Shown: one piece after another, positions 1 to 14,069 of the stretch
Layout of the letters: the number at the start of each line of letters is the position of its first letter
Numbering within the stretch: position 1 is the first letter of the stretch
DNA from: the human T2T-CHM13v2.0 reference genome, Homo sapiens
Reading direction: 5' to 3' (one strand)
NCBI RefSeq assembly: GCF_009914755.1
Contig: NC_060925.1
DNA: 64,000 nucleotides
Program-made: the position numbers and the translations under genes
Notes under the pieces: generated by a model
Told to the model about the DNA's origin: nothing
Seen by the model: the letters and a program-made list of their open reading frames with translations, nothing else
Databases searched by the model: none

Positions 1-1248
1 GCCAGGGAAATGATGAACAGCCTGCCTGCTGGGGTTTTATGACTTTCTAGCCTTAGAACAGTCCTTTATATCCGAGTAGAGCTTCAGATTTAGCATCCAG
101 CTTTGCCAAAGCCACATCAAGGAGACTCGCTTAACCTGAGTGGTTTTCCATCTCTGTCTCCTACATCCCCGAGAAAGGGCTCTCAGGGCTTTCTTGAAAG
201 GAGCACTTGATGAGTCCCTGTGTTCAGCAGCCAGAGTCGCCCTAAGGTGGAACACGATCAAAACTGTTTGGATTGTATTTGCTTTATTATCTGACCATTT
301 CTGATGCTCACACGAACCTTCTAGCCTTCATTCAGTAGGTCTATAAAGGGCTTGGGAAGGAATTTTCCTGCAGGATTTCCTGGTGAGGCTGGGAAGACAC
401 ATGGATGAGCTCTCAGGAAGTTTGGACCCAATGATGTCATTAAAATCCATCTTGTGCCTTCTTGATTGACTCATTTGAACCAGTGGATAGGCTTTTTTTT
501 TTTTTTTTTTTAGCTGCCTATGATTATTTTTTTTTTTCTTATAAAGTTTGTTAAACTGGTGATTGTATATTTGCATCAAAGAATTTAGGAAATGACAACA
601 GGGAATGGAAAGTTGGAACCATTTGAATGAACATAGAGGATAACAGCTCATTTAACAAAATCTCGGTCTTCCCATGTTGTCATTCTCATGACCCCAGCTA
701 AAGAACCATCTTATTGTGAAATGACTTCCCAGAAGAATAACCTATGTGGGCATCTACCTTCCAGCAAGCTAATATAAATACATATCTGACGTATCTGTTA
801 TACAATATGACAAGTAAAGAGATATGTCAGATGAATAAAAAAAAAGAACAGAAACAACTTAAGTTTGCTCAGAACCCTCTTAATCATGAAATTCCAAGAT
901 TATCAGAAAGTCCTATAAATACATTTTTAATGATTTTTTTTAAAAAAATGGTAATGGGGTGAGCATATTAGTGCTATAAGTTGCCCTAAATTTTCTGAGA
1001 GAAGATGCTTTGCTATTACACTCCCAAGCAATGTCTGCGTATCCTTAATCCCTTTAGATTCCCAGGTTTATTTCATATAGTCTAGGACATTGACATTTAT
1101 CATTGCTGCTTGAATAAGAATGACTTATTTAATAAGCAAACACAGAGGCAGCCCTTACTTTCACCACTTGAGGACTTTGAAAAGATATTCTTGGGACACC
1201 GGTTATCCTGAAATTCTGGTTAACATTTCAGCTCTATGTAGGAAATAT

Positions 1249-1320
1249 TGGACTTGAAGTCAGAAGACTAGGGTTCTAGTCTCAGATACTCATTGACCAT
1301 TTGACAACCTCATTGGGCAC
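1249..1320 (+). mobile_element. MIR fragment
   Basis: ggacttgaagtcagaagactagggttctagtctcag resembles the MIR core. Confidence 0.55.
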
Positions 1321-1347
1321 CCGGTTTTTCAAGAAAAGGTAGTACCT

Positions 1348-1612
1348 CAACATTCCCTAAAACATCAGTCTCTAAATGCTAGTTTCGTGGAACAATAAGG
1401 AGTTCTATAACCATATGAATTAAGTCAACCAGGGTTAAAAAGAGCCACAGAAGCCCCTTTTCTGGAAGACTTAAATGTGACTAATGTGATATGTGAGTCT
1501 CTAAAAGAGAGTTATAATGTGCAGATTTCCTGAATTCTCAGACAATGGAAACTGTGGAGAAGTATCTCACTGGACTAGCATTACAAGCAAGGGACATATT
1601 TTGGAACCTGCC
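1348..1612 (-). mobile_element. MER103C-like hAT-Charlie fossil
   Basis: ctaatgtgatatgtgagtctctaaaagagagttataatgtgcag...ggactagcatt...catattttggaa follows the MER103C consensus as recalled. Confidence 0.6.
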
Positions 1613-2940
1613 AGACAAGCTGATTTCTAAAAGCCTTTACTGCTTTAAATTCTCTCATCATTTTTGGTTCGCACACAAAAAACCAAGCTATTCTCCAGAT
1701 ACTTTCTACACACCTAGCTCTCAACATTCCTCTCTAAAATATATGACTCTGTTTACTAGTGTAAGGATCAAAAGGATCACATGTGGCTTCCATGAAAAGA
1801 AAGGTATCTTAAAATTGTTGTGCATAAAATATACAATTCAAAGGAATTACATAGAGTTATAAATAATAGTTATCATCACTAACCACTCTAAACTAGGACC
1901 ATCGCAAATGAAACCATTCTTTTAGAAAATAAAAAGATCAATGGTCCATAAGGCGATGCAATGATAAACCACCAAAAAGTCCTGAGATTCTTTCTATGCT
2001 AGCCACGTATGAAGAACTCCAAGCCAAACGCTATTCCTTCGGTTGTATTTTTCCTTGAATCTAAAGGACAAAAATAGGGCCTCACAGTTTGAGAGAATCA
2101 TTCACTTTGTCTAGCAATCAAATGCTTGTGAAAGATAGTAAAAAACGAAGGAAATGAATGGAAAATCACAATGCTTTCTTGAGCTAACTTTTGCAGTTTT
2201 AAAGAAATTACAGAGCAGGAGTAAACCATCCTATGAAATTTCAAATGATGACAGACATTTAGAAGCCTGTGTTATTAAAGGCTTTCTTTTATTCTGTTAA
2301 ATCTTCAATCAGATTTGGTCACAAATAATTGGGATAATTGAACTTATTGCCAAAATACTCATGGAATTAGAAAACTCCCTTAACCAAGGAAGACTCATAT
2401 AGAAGATCCCACTTGGATTCCCATAAGAGGAAGAAATAGTCTCAGCCATATAGCTTTTTCCCCACTTTCTGGCACAGACTGATACTTTTATTTCATGCTC
2501 TCTCCATTGTGTTCATCTCTATTTATATGGATTTTCTTTCTAACCCGCTGGAGTACCTCAAACAAATTGGTGATATTATTACAACTTTAAATTTTTCTGG
2601 AAGATTACTTAATAGAGGAAAAGCAGCACAGTACAAGCTAGACAGAAACGTTGAAATTAAACATGATCAGAGCTGCATGTCAGCCTGGGAAATGCGTCCG
2701 TCTCAAGTTAAGGTTTACAGTTGCTGCAATTTTAATCAGATTTGTATGTAATAGTATTTCAGAATTTTCCACTGAGTGCTTCTTCTTTTCATTGGAAAAG
2801 AAAAGCTTCCCAAACAAAGGAAATTAGGAAACAGAATAGTGGAGTTGGTGTGTGGTTATGTGGCGAGGCCACTGCTCTGCCCATTACCTGCAAGGCGTCT
2901 GCCTGCTCCCTGACGTGGACTCAGCTCTGAGTGCTCTCAT

Positions 2941-3122
2941 TTTTCTTTTCTTTTCTTTTTCTTCTTCTTTTTTTTGAGACAGTTTTGCTCTTGTTGCCCA
3001 GACTGGAGAGCAATGGCGTGATCTCGGCTCACTGCAACCTCCGCCTCCTGTGTTCAAGCGATTCTCCTGCCTCAGCCTCCTGAGTAGCTGGGATTACAGG
3101 CGCCCGCCACCGTGCCCAGCTA
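2941..3122 (-). mobile_element. 5'-truncated AluS (right monomer)
   Basis: Right-arm Alu sequence with T-rich tail; TSD gctctcattt at 2933-2942 and 3123-3132. Confidence 0.9.
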
Positions 3123-3317
3123 GCTCTCATTTCTCTTGAAATATAATTGTCATGTGAGTTTCTTCAATCCAAACAATTGGAAACGATAGCCATTGGTAGA
3201 CATTTTGTTTCCTGTCCAAGACAAGAAACAATTAGCCTCTAACAAGCTCTTTGACCTAGAACTTAATCTTTTAAGACCATGATTTCCCTATATAAAAAGT
3301 GAGGATTTGGAACTAAA

Positions 3318-3632
<315 letters not shown>

Positions 3633-3819
3633 TGAACTAAATTATCTTAATTGTCCCTTCCATCTCTATAAATCTATGAGTCTCTAACTTGATGACAATT
3701 TCCCAAAGTTAACCAAAGTTATGCAATTGGTTTTCACTCTTGCAATCATTTCTAACTAAAAGACTAATCAATATAAAAAGTACAATTTAAAGCAATCTGC
3801 CAGATTTAAGGAAGAAATA

Positions 3820-3888
3820 GAAGTGACATTTACTGAGGGCCAATCTTATGTCAAGTACTGGAATAACCACTTTATATAAGAGATATAT

Positions 3889-3919
<31 letters not shown>

Positions 3920-4075
3920 TATGGCAAGAACCACCTCAGGTAAGAATCATCATCATCATCACCATCACCATTTCATAGAGAAGAAATACTTAGAGAAGTT
4001 AAGTCTCTATCTAAATATAGTTAATTAGTAAATAGCCAAGATAGGAGTCAAACCCAGTTTATTTCCCAAAGTCAT
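3820..4075 (-). mobile_element. MIR containing (GATA)n and (CAT)n microsatellites
   Basis: catttactgagg...gtcaagtactg and gaaatacttagagaagttaagt MIR-like blocks. Confidence 0.65.
3882..3922. repeat. (TA)n(GATA)n microsatellite
   Basis: Read directly. Confidence 0.95.
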
Positions 4076-5639
4076 GCACAGAACCTGGGCACTTTACTGG
4101 CTATAGCATTCTGCTTTGAAGTGTACACTGTTTTGCTTCACACTCTTCATACTCTTCAAGTCATTTAAGTTTTCTGAGCTTTATTTATATTCATTATTCA
4201 TTCAACCCGTAACAAGCAAGTCCTCATGTACAGCAGGTACTGTAATTGATATTGCGATACAGAGGGGACTATGATACAGAAACTACCCACAAAGAACTCA
4301 GCATTTTGTAGAGGAGTTGGACAGGAAAAGGAACACAATGTAGTCAGCATTATGAGATGTATGAGACAGGTATGCCTGAGGTGTGAAGAAGGGGGATCTG
4401 GGAGTAGAGACTGGGAAAATGAAAATCACTTCCTATGAGAATAATGAAAAGTGGAGGAATATCTGAATTGGCCCTTAAAGAACTAATAGAAATGAGCTAG
4501 CTGTGAAAAGGTTGGGAAAAGGAAAGGCATTCTAGCCAAAGAGAACAGATCAGTTTAGCGGTCTGTGAGGGCATTGCATGTTCTGAGAATTGAAAGTAGG
4601 TCTCTGTAGCTAAAGCACACAAGGCATGATAAATACTTGGAGCTGAATCTGGAAAACTCTACAGTTGAGAAGCCCTTGGTATCTCATGCTAATGTTATAG
4701 AACTCTATCCTGAAGAAACGAGGGAGTCCTTTGAGAATTTTAAGCATAATATATTTATGTAATAAGAAAGTCCCATCAGAAGCACTGAGGAGGCACAACT
4801 GGGACAAGGGGAGTAGGTGGCTCTGTGTAGAAGTAGGACAAAGTGATTGGCATCTAGCAGTACACACAGCCTCCCACAAAGTCAAAGAAAGAATCAACAA
4901 TTGGGATAGAGGAGCAGTTGGATCTGAGAGATATTTGGAGGATGGGTGGGCAAGACAGAAAGGATTTTGGTGGTTGAACAGATATTGAGATACCATTGGC
5001 TGTGCCTCCAGGGTTTCTGATTTGGCTGATAGAATGGATGGTGACTGCTTCCATTATTGGGAAACTAGTCTACAGAAAGAGGGGACGATTGTGACGAGAG
5101 CCTCAATTCCATCAGGAGCATGTCATTTTTGAGTTGCCTGTGACGTTTAGTTCACATGGAAAAATGTTACTACTATTAAATATGTAAGGTAAGACCTGGT
5201 GCTACTTTTGGTTGATATGTATTTGTTGGAAAGGCAGAGTTGCAAACAGATAACTTGAATCAAACGTGGAAAATGCACCAAAATAGTTATGAATGGGCTA
5301 GTCCTGAAATTGAAATTAGCTTAACCTTATGGTGTTGAATAAGGAAGCAGGGACAAACCTGAGAAAGATCTTGAAGAAAGTGCAGATGATGGACAATTCA
5401 GGAAGAGAGGGGTGAGGCATCTCAGGGAGGAGGACAGCATGAGCAAAAAAATAGAGCATACAAAATGTGAGAAAAACAATCAGTTTTCACTGAAACATAA
5501 AAGGGAAGGCAGGGACAAGGTCATGGAGAAATCTACATATGTGCTACTCAATAGATTGGATTTTATGTCAATTATGAGGAACCCTGAAAGGGTTCTGCTC
5601 TAAGAGAGACATCACATCTGCAGTTAAGAGAGTGCAAAA

Positions 5640-5950
<311 letters not shown>

Positions 5951-6746
5951 CTATGGAAGATGAACTGAAATGAGGAAAAGCTAAAATGCAGGAGACTAGT
6001 TAGGAGGCTACTGCAATCACCCTGGTAGGAAAAAGTGAGGGCCTGAACAAGGCATTGGTGTATGGGTGGGAAGAAGGGACAGAAACATGTTGAGGAAGCT
6101 AGAACCTTTGGGTTTCGAAAATTTGGTGACGCCAGATACTTAGCTACCAACTGAGGGAAGAAACACAGCAGGATGAGTGGGTCTGGAGAGGAAGGGAGAG
6201 ATGATCTGTCTGTTTCTGTATGTTGATCATTGAGGTATATCTGAGTAGAGACATCTAGTAGTTATTATATAAATCTGAACTCCAAGAGAGGACTCTGTGT
6301 AAGATGATAGATTTGAGTCTATAACATAGAGCTATTAGTTAAATATAATTATAAAGACAATAATAATAAAATTATAGTTGTGAGCACTTAGTATAGGCAT
6401 TGAGTAATACTTTACATTACTGTGTATGTTATATCCATTATACCCACGATAACAATCTGAGTTGATATGAACACTTCCCTTTACAGAGGTGATAACTAAT
6501 ACTTAAAGAGATTATGCAACTTATCCATAGTTGTGTTGTTAGTAAAAGTGAGTGGAGAGCTGAGCTTTGTTCAGGTTCTCAAAACCAGTTTTGTGTTTGT
6601 TTTTGTTTTTTAACTACAACATTTCTTTGAGTTTGTAAAGAAGAAAGATAGTACAAAGGAGAGATTGTGAAAAAAAATTTTAAAAAGCCAAGAATGATAT
6701 CCTTGGTAAACCAATGTTTAAAGGACGAATGTGAGAAAGAAATATT

Positions 6747-7110
<364 letters not shown>

Positions 7111-7798
7111 TCAAGTCTCCCATGAAAACCAACAGAAAGACGATCCCAAGAAGTAGGGAATGAGCCAGTGTCAGCTGAGTCAAGTGGAGTAAGATAAAGA
7201 CTGAAGTGAGCCCTCTGAGTTTGGGAACACGTAGGACCTGACTGCAAGCAGGTTTCACTGGAGCAGGTGTCACAGAAGCCAACTTGCAAGGAGCTGAAGA
7301 CTGGTAAGGACAAGAGGAACTGGAACCACAGTACCTTCAATTTCAAGAAATTTGATTAAGAAAAAAAGCCCTCAATTATGGCAGTTAGAAGGAAGGCAGC
7401 TCCAATGGAGATAATGTATTATTCATTCACTTACTTATTTGGATGGGATATATTTAAATATATTTTTAAAGCTAAGGACGAACACATAGCTGAAAGTGTG
7501 AGGTTTAAAACATATGAGTAAGGGAATATAACAAATCCTGAAGTAAGGTCTGATAATTAAATGGGAAGAAAGGGTCATGCAGCCAAGCACACAGGGGGAT
7601 GCAGTGACCTTGAATTGGCCAATGGTTAATTTGTCTCTAACCCTAAAGAAAATGTGCAGGGATGGAAGGGTAAATTGGTATGAAGAGGGATAAGCAGTTG
7701 CTATTCATACCTGGGCAATTTGATTTTCTCAGTCCAAGAGGGGGATTGGTAATTGTTCCTCGGATGGGGAAACATGACATGTGAAAAATATGGGTCAG

Positions 7799-8155
7799 GA
7801 GTTTAAGACAAAATGGCAGCGGGGGCTGTAGATCTGGAAGCCATCTGTAGAGTTTAAGACAAAATGGCAGCGGGGGCTGTAGATCTGGAAGCCATCTGTA
7901 GAGTTTAAGACAAAATGGCAGCGGGGGCTGTAGATCTGGAAGCCATCTGTAGAGTTTAAGACAAAATGGCAGCGGGGGCTGTAGATCTGGAAGCCATCTG
8001 TAGAGTTTAAGACAAAATGGCAGCGGGGGCTGTAGATCTGGAAGCCATCTGTAGAGTTTAAGACAAAATGGCAGCGGGGGCTGTAGATCTGGAAGCCATC
8101 TGTAGAGTTTAAGACAAAATGGCAGTGGGGGCTGTAGATCTGGAAGCCATCGGTA
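7799..8155. repeat. 51-bp minisatellite (VNTR), 7 copies
   Basis: Unit gagtttaagacaaaatggcagcgggggctgtagatctggaagccatctgta; copies 1-6 identical, copy 7 (8105-8155) has two substitutions. Confidence 0.98.
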
Positions 8156-8807
8156 GCTACGTGCATGGGGATAAGGTCTCTGATGCATAATGTGAGATTT
8201 AAAAGAGGCAAATGTTGGATCTTGAAGAAAACTGCTATTTGGGCTGAACAGAAGATAACAAACCTTCAAAGAAGACAGGGAGGTTTGGAAGGAGGAGTAC
8301 CACAGAATCCAAGCAAAGCAAGAATACTAAGCAACTAAATTCTGACCAAAGTGAGATGCTGACATACTAAAGAAGATAAACTGGAATGACCAATTAATTC
8401 CTAAGACTTAGATACATTAGTGAAAGCACTTTTAGTTGTGCTGTAGTAAGATAAATTAAATACAGATTTTTTTCCCCAGAAGCCAGAATAGACCTGTAGC
8501 CTCCTTGCCTCCCTTCCTTTACCTTTAAAAATTTTAAACTTGAAATGGAAGCTATTTGAATATATTTAAACACTGTGAGCAAACAAATAACTAAATAAAC
8601 AAAAGCAAAATATAGGGGAAATGTAAAAGTAGAGGAAGGAAAGAAAATGCTGGACAAAATTAGTTATCTTTCTTTGAGATAGAAAATAAAGAGAAAAATA
8701 TAGTTAGTTGTGGAGGGAGATGAGTTTTAAGGAGCAAGGAATTCCTGCCTGGTAGCCTCTCTGTTCTCTGAAGTTGTCTACCCAGAGAACACAGAGATGG
8801 ACACTTA

Positions 8808-9239
<432 letters not shown>

Positions 9240-9807
9240 TTATACAAATATAATATATTAATCATACATACCATGCAAAATATCCATTATTTAAACAATA
9301 ACTTTCATAATGTCCTGTAGAACCTTGCTTCAGATCTTGAACCCTGAAAATGATTGGCAGAATGCCATGCCCATTTAAAAAACCCGAGTTTTGCTTTATT
9401 AAAACTAAAGAAACACTGAAGCTCGTTAAATTTCATGTTTGAAACAATAGAATTCAAAGTAATGACAGTCAATAAATAGAGGAACAAGTCAAAGTAGGAT
9501 TGTCTAGAAAGCAAAATTTCTTGACCACGCTGATCTTAAATTTAGTTACTCTTATTATCTATAAGCTAACCTAAAACGTTCAGGAGTTCAGGTTAGATGC
9601 ACCCCTCAAATGCTATGACTGGTGGCTTTGTCTTGACTCACACTTTTTACCCTTTTTAAACTTTCTTCTTAGCTCCTTCGTGATTGATTGCTTCTCTAAC
9701 AATGCCAACCCTTTCAGTAACCTGGGAAAAGGTTTAAAACACCATGGAATCATCCAGTGATTTCACCTGCCTGCATTTGTATTAAAGACATGTAAAGACT
9801 TTCTAGA

Positions 9808-10134
9808 GGCCAGGTGCGATGGCTCACGCCTGTAATCCCAGCACTTTGGCAAGTGGAGGTGGGTGAATCACTTGAGCTCAGGAGTTTGAGACCAGCCTGG
9901 GCAACATAGTGAGACCTTTGTCTCTCCAAAAAAAAAAAATAATAATAATACAAAAATTAACCAGGCATGGTGGTGTGTGCCTATAGTCCCAGCGACTTGG
10001 GAGACTGAGGTGGGAGGATCACTTGAGTTCAGGAGGCGGAGGTTGCAGTGAGCCAAGATCGTGCCACTCACTACCCTCCAGCCTGGGCGACATAGCCAGA
10101 TACTGTCAAAAACAAACAAACAAACAACAAAAAA
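9808..10134 (+). mobile_element. Alu (J/S)
   Basis: Full dimer; degenerate TSD aaagactttctaga / aaaaactttttaga. Confidence 0.93.
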
Positions 10135-10573
10135 CTTTTTAGAACCATGTTTGGTAAACTGTATGTACTCGACTAATACCAATTATTTACAAAATATTAA
10201 ATTGAGTGAAATACTACGTGTGGGTGTCTCTCCCAAAATGAATCAGAAACTTGGCACATTGGCTACAAATGCTTTGAAATGTCTCTCAAATGAACAATTT
10301 CTAGATATTGCATTTTAGAAATGAAATAACAGCATCAGATAATTGGCAGCCAAGTCATTTTCCCAAGTACTGATGCCAAGTACATGGCAGACATCCACCA
10401 TGGGTTGATGTAGATCAAAAAGGGCTGAGACACCATCTCATGCTTATAGAATTTCAGAATTAGAGACATTAGGAAGGGGAAAGTCAGCATCATTTGCCAT
10501 GTTAAAGCCAAGCCTTGTGCACTGAGCAACTTTTCCTCACTAGCCAGGCCCCCATCATTCCATTCTTACTTAC

Positions 10574-10763
10574 CATCCCTTATGGATTTCTTATAAAAGC
10601 CCTACACATGCCAAATTGGTCAAAACCCTGCCTCGCTGCAGTTATAATGGCTGGCTTGTGGTCTTCCTGGTGGTGACAAGTCTCTTTGCTATGATGTGCC
10701 CAACCAGCCAGGATTTTATCCCCTACTCAGGATCCACTCCATGAGCTTGCATGAGTGACCCAT
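10574..10763 (-). other. Candidate 190-nt non-coding or 5'-UTR exon ending in ATG
   Basis: Acceptor cattttcctcttttgtttaattttag| and donor ATG|GTAAGT in unique sequence; stops in all three frames. Confidence 0.4.
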
Positions 10764-11955
10764 CTAAAATTAAACAAAAGAGGAAAATGTGTACCTACTA
10801 CTTTGAGATGAGAGGGGAGCCACACATCTCTTTCCCTTCCTGGACAGCCCCTTCCCAGAGCCCTAATTTTTCTTCTGTTATTAGATTTTACTATACCCTC
10901 TGATCATTCAGAACATCAGGCTTCTTAACAAAAGAGATTTCTGAGTTGAAATACAGTTTTTAAAATGCATAAGCATTTCTGGGACTTTGAAAGCCTCGAA
11001 ATAACGTATCCAGGCTCTCTGGAACTCATAATCCATATACACATGAAGAAATGACTTGGAGCTAATAGTAGGTAGAAGGAGGAAAAGGGCAATTGACTCC
11101 TCATGTTCAACTCTGGGTAACACGGATGAAGTGGAGATTTTAAACTGCAATGTTATTGTAAATTTTCCAGTAATCTACATCTCTGAATTGCAAATACTGG
11201 AAACCAATTCTGCCTTCCTGCTTCACACTGACAGCAACACTTTGCTTGCCCACATCTGAGACCTTGTGGCTTTTGATTCATTCTGTTGTTGATGCCTCCT
11301 CTTTTGTTTTCTCAAAATGTAAATATTTGTTCTGTCTGCATTCTAATTGCTAGTCTTGGTGTCTTATTGAGTATGAGGGCTGCGGTAACTCAGATGCCTC
11401 AGGATCCCTTGCTATGTGCTGAGATTTTCTGTCTTATGACATTAGCTTGGCATAGCTGACAGCCACTCTGTTCCTATACCCCTGACTAAATTGCAGTTAT
11501 GTCTTTAATTGAAACCTAGTATTATTTTATTCCTCTCTGCAGAGAGGAAACCCAGAACTATCATTCTGTACACACACCAAACCACAGGAGCCTGAGTGAG
11601 GGTCCGTAATGACAGAGCCTCCTACACAGCACATTTGCTAGCTTTCTACTAATTGCCCTAATTTTCTTTGTCTAGACTAACTTATTGCATTGAAGAGCTC
11701 CTTCTCCAAAAGGGGGCATAAAGGAACATCGTGAGTCCTTCAATTGCTGCCAAGTGAAGAAGGGAGAAAAACATGGCTAGGACCAAGAAAACAAACAAAA
11801 CAGGATCAGGGGATTTGTCCTTGAATGGGCTGTTTCCTAGAGCACATATTGATTTAAAACTGAACTGAGAGATTGTGTTCTAGTAAGACTGGAATCACTA
11901 CCATTAACAGCAAAGAACACAAACAGCATGTAAGTCAAAAGAAGAATGGTACTTC

Positions 11956-12248
11956 TTTTTTTTTTTTTTGAGATGGAGTCTCACTCTGTCGCCAGTTTGG
12001 AGTGCAGTGGCACGATGTAGACTTACAGCAACCTCTGCCTCCTGGGTTCAAGAGATTCTCCTGCCTCAGCCTCCTGAGTAGCTGGGACTACAGGCATGCA
12101 TCACCACGCCCAGCTAATTTTTGTATTTTTAGTAGAGACAGGGTTTCACCATGTTGACCAGGGTGGTCTTGATCTACTGACCTCGTGATCTGCCTGCCTC
12201 GGCCTCCCAAAGTGCTGGGATTACAGGTGTGAGCCACCACGCCAGGCC
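11956..12248 (-). mobile_element. AluSc-like
   Basis: Full dimer with poly(T) at left. Confidence 0.95.
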
Positions 12249-13387
12249 GCATAATACTTCTTAAAAGAAGACAGTTACTAAGGAGAGAGATGGCACTCAT
12301 CAATCAGTTTGTCGCCTTCCAGCATTCTGGACCAGAAGTCTCCTGTGTTTGTTCTGCTTTTGTGGCACCTTCCTAGTTTGGCTTTCCAGATTGAAAGAAT
12401 CTGGAATACCCTGTGGAATACCCTGCCTTCTCTTTGGCTCACACCAATGGTGAATACAAAGAGAAATTTAATATCTTGGCCATAAACCCTTTTGAAACTT
12501 CCCTGGGATAAAAGGGTGGGATCCGTATGAATAACTGCAGGTTGCCTTTTCACCGTTCTTAAAAGTCTGAGTCGAAATGAAGGTTGATGCTTCCAGATTG
12601 CATGGCCTCAGAACTAGGGAGAGGAGCCCCACAGGGTCCATGGATTGACCCAGTGGATTGAAAGACCACTGGGCAAGGCTGGTCCATCCTGGGCTGGAGC
12701 TGCCCTTCAGTTCAACATGCCAAAGCCTTGGGAACAATGGGACTGGCCAGGGGCCCTAGAAAAAGGGCCAAGAGTCCTTTGCTTGCAGGACATTCTCTTT
12801 AGCCAAATTCTCCAGTGCCTGCTGACTAACTCACTTCCCACTTCTCTTCTGTTAACTACGTTACATTTTCTCCTGTACTTGCCATGTTCAAAGACTGATT
12901 GATTTCCTAGAATGTGATGATGGGTTTCATTTTACTGCTGTCTTTTGTGTCAATTATGTTTCCCTTGATGGATCAACTTTTCTGTTTGGTTGCGTTAACT
13001 CTCAGTGGGCCAAAAATTTCATGGGTTTTATTTCCCTTGGATTTTTTTTTTCATGTTTACACATTGCACATGGTAAGAATTTTTTTTTTGAAGTAAGTAT
13101 ACTGATGAATTCTCAAACTGGTTATAAATTGAAGAACTGATGCAATGTATTCTTTCCAGCAAGACAAGCAAGTGGCTTGGATTTCTGTTTCTAAATCTGA
13201 GGGAACCACTCAGGCAAAAGTCATAAAGGGCCAGTTTGTGTCACTGGTCCTAGGCTGAGTGCAGAGAATCCAGAATGGCAGTGCACAGTTGGCTGCGAGC
13301 AATGCCATCACTGTCTTTATCACTCCTATCTCCACGTCTCTACTCTGTACTCCATTTCTGGGAGAGGAAATGATATATTGATGACAT

Positions 13388-13600
13388 TAATGGTTTTAAA
13401 CTGGTTGTGATTTTGCCCCTCAGGGGACATTTGTCAATGTGTGGAGGCATTTTTGGTCATCACCACTATGACGGCTGCTACTGAAATCTAGAAGGTCGAG
13501 GCCAAGGAGGATGCCGAACATCCTGCAATGCACAAGACAGTCCTCCACGACAAAACACCATCCTGTCCCTTGTCAACAGCATCAATATTGAGAAACCATA
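13388..13600 (+). mobile_element. MER20 (hAT-Charlie)
   Basis: gattttgcccctcaggggacatttgtcaatgt...gaggccaaggaggatgccgaacatcctgcaatgcacaagacag...ttgagaaacc. Confidence 0.85.
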
Positions 13601-13705
13601 GATTAGATGTGCTACCTGATCACATCTCTCCAGACCTGTGGAATTCAGAGGTATCTCTAACAAATCCACAGTAATTGATTCAGCATTTTAATTTCTAAGG
13701 AGCTG

Positions 13706-14069
<364 letters not shown>

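Noticed and set aside
9-140. Box C/D snoRNA (ATGATGA near position 10)
   Set aside because: No terminal stem or suitably placed D box, and the window edge truncates the context.
7815-7832. CTCF motif in the VNTR unit (tggcagcgggggctgta)
   Set aside because: Only the GGGGGC part matches; the CCACCA/CCAGCA half of the core does not align.
7643-8269. 208-aa and 138-aa ORFs with 17-aa repeats; CRISPR-like appearance
   Set aside because: Both come from the 51-bp tandem repeat, whose length is divisible by 3. Units are contiguous with no unique spacers, so it is not a CRISPR array, and the DNA is primate.
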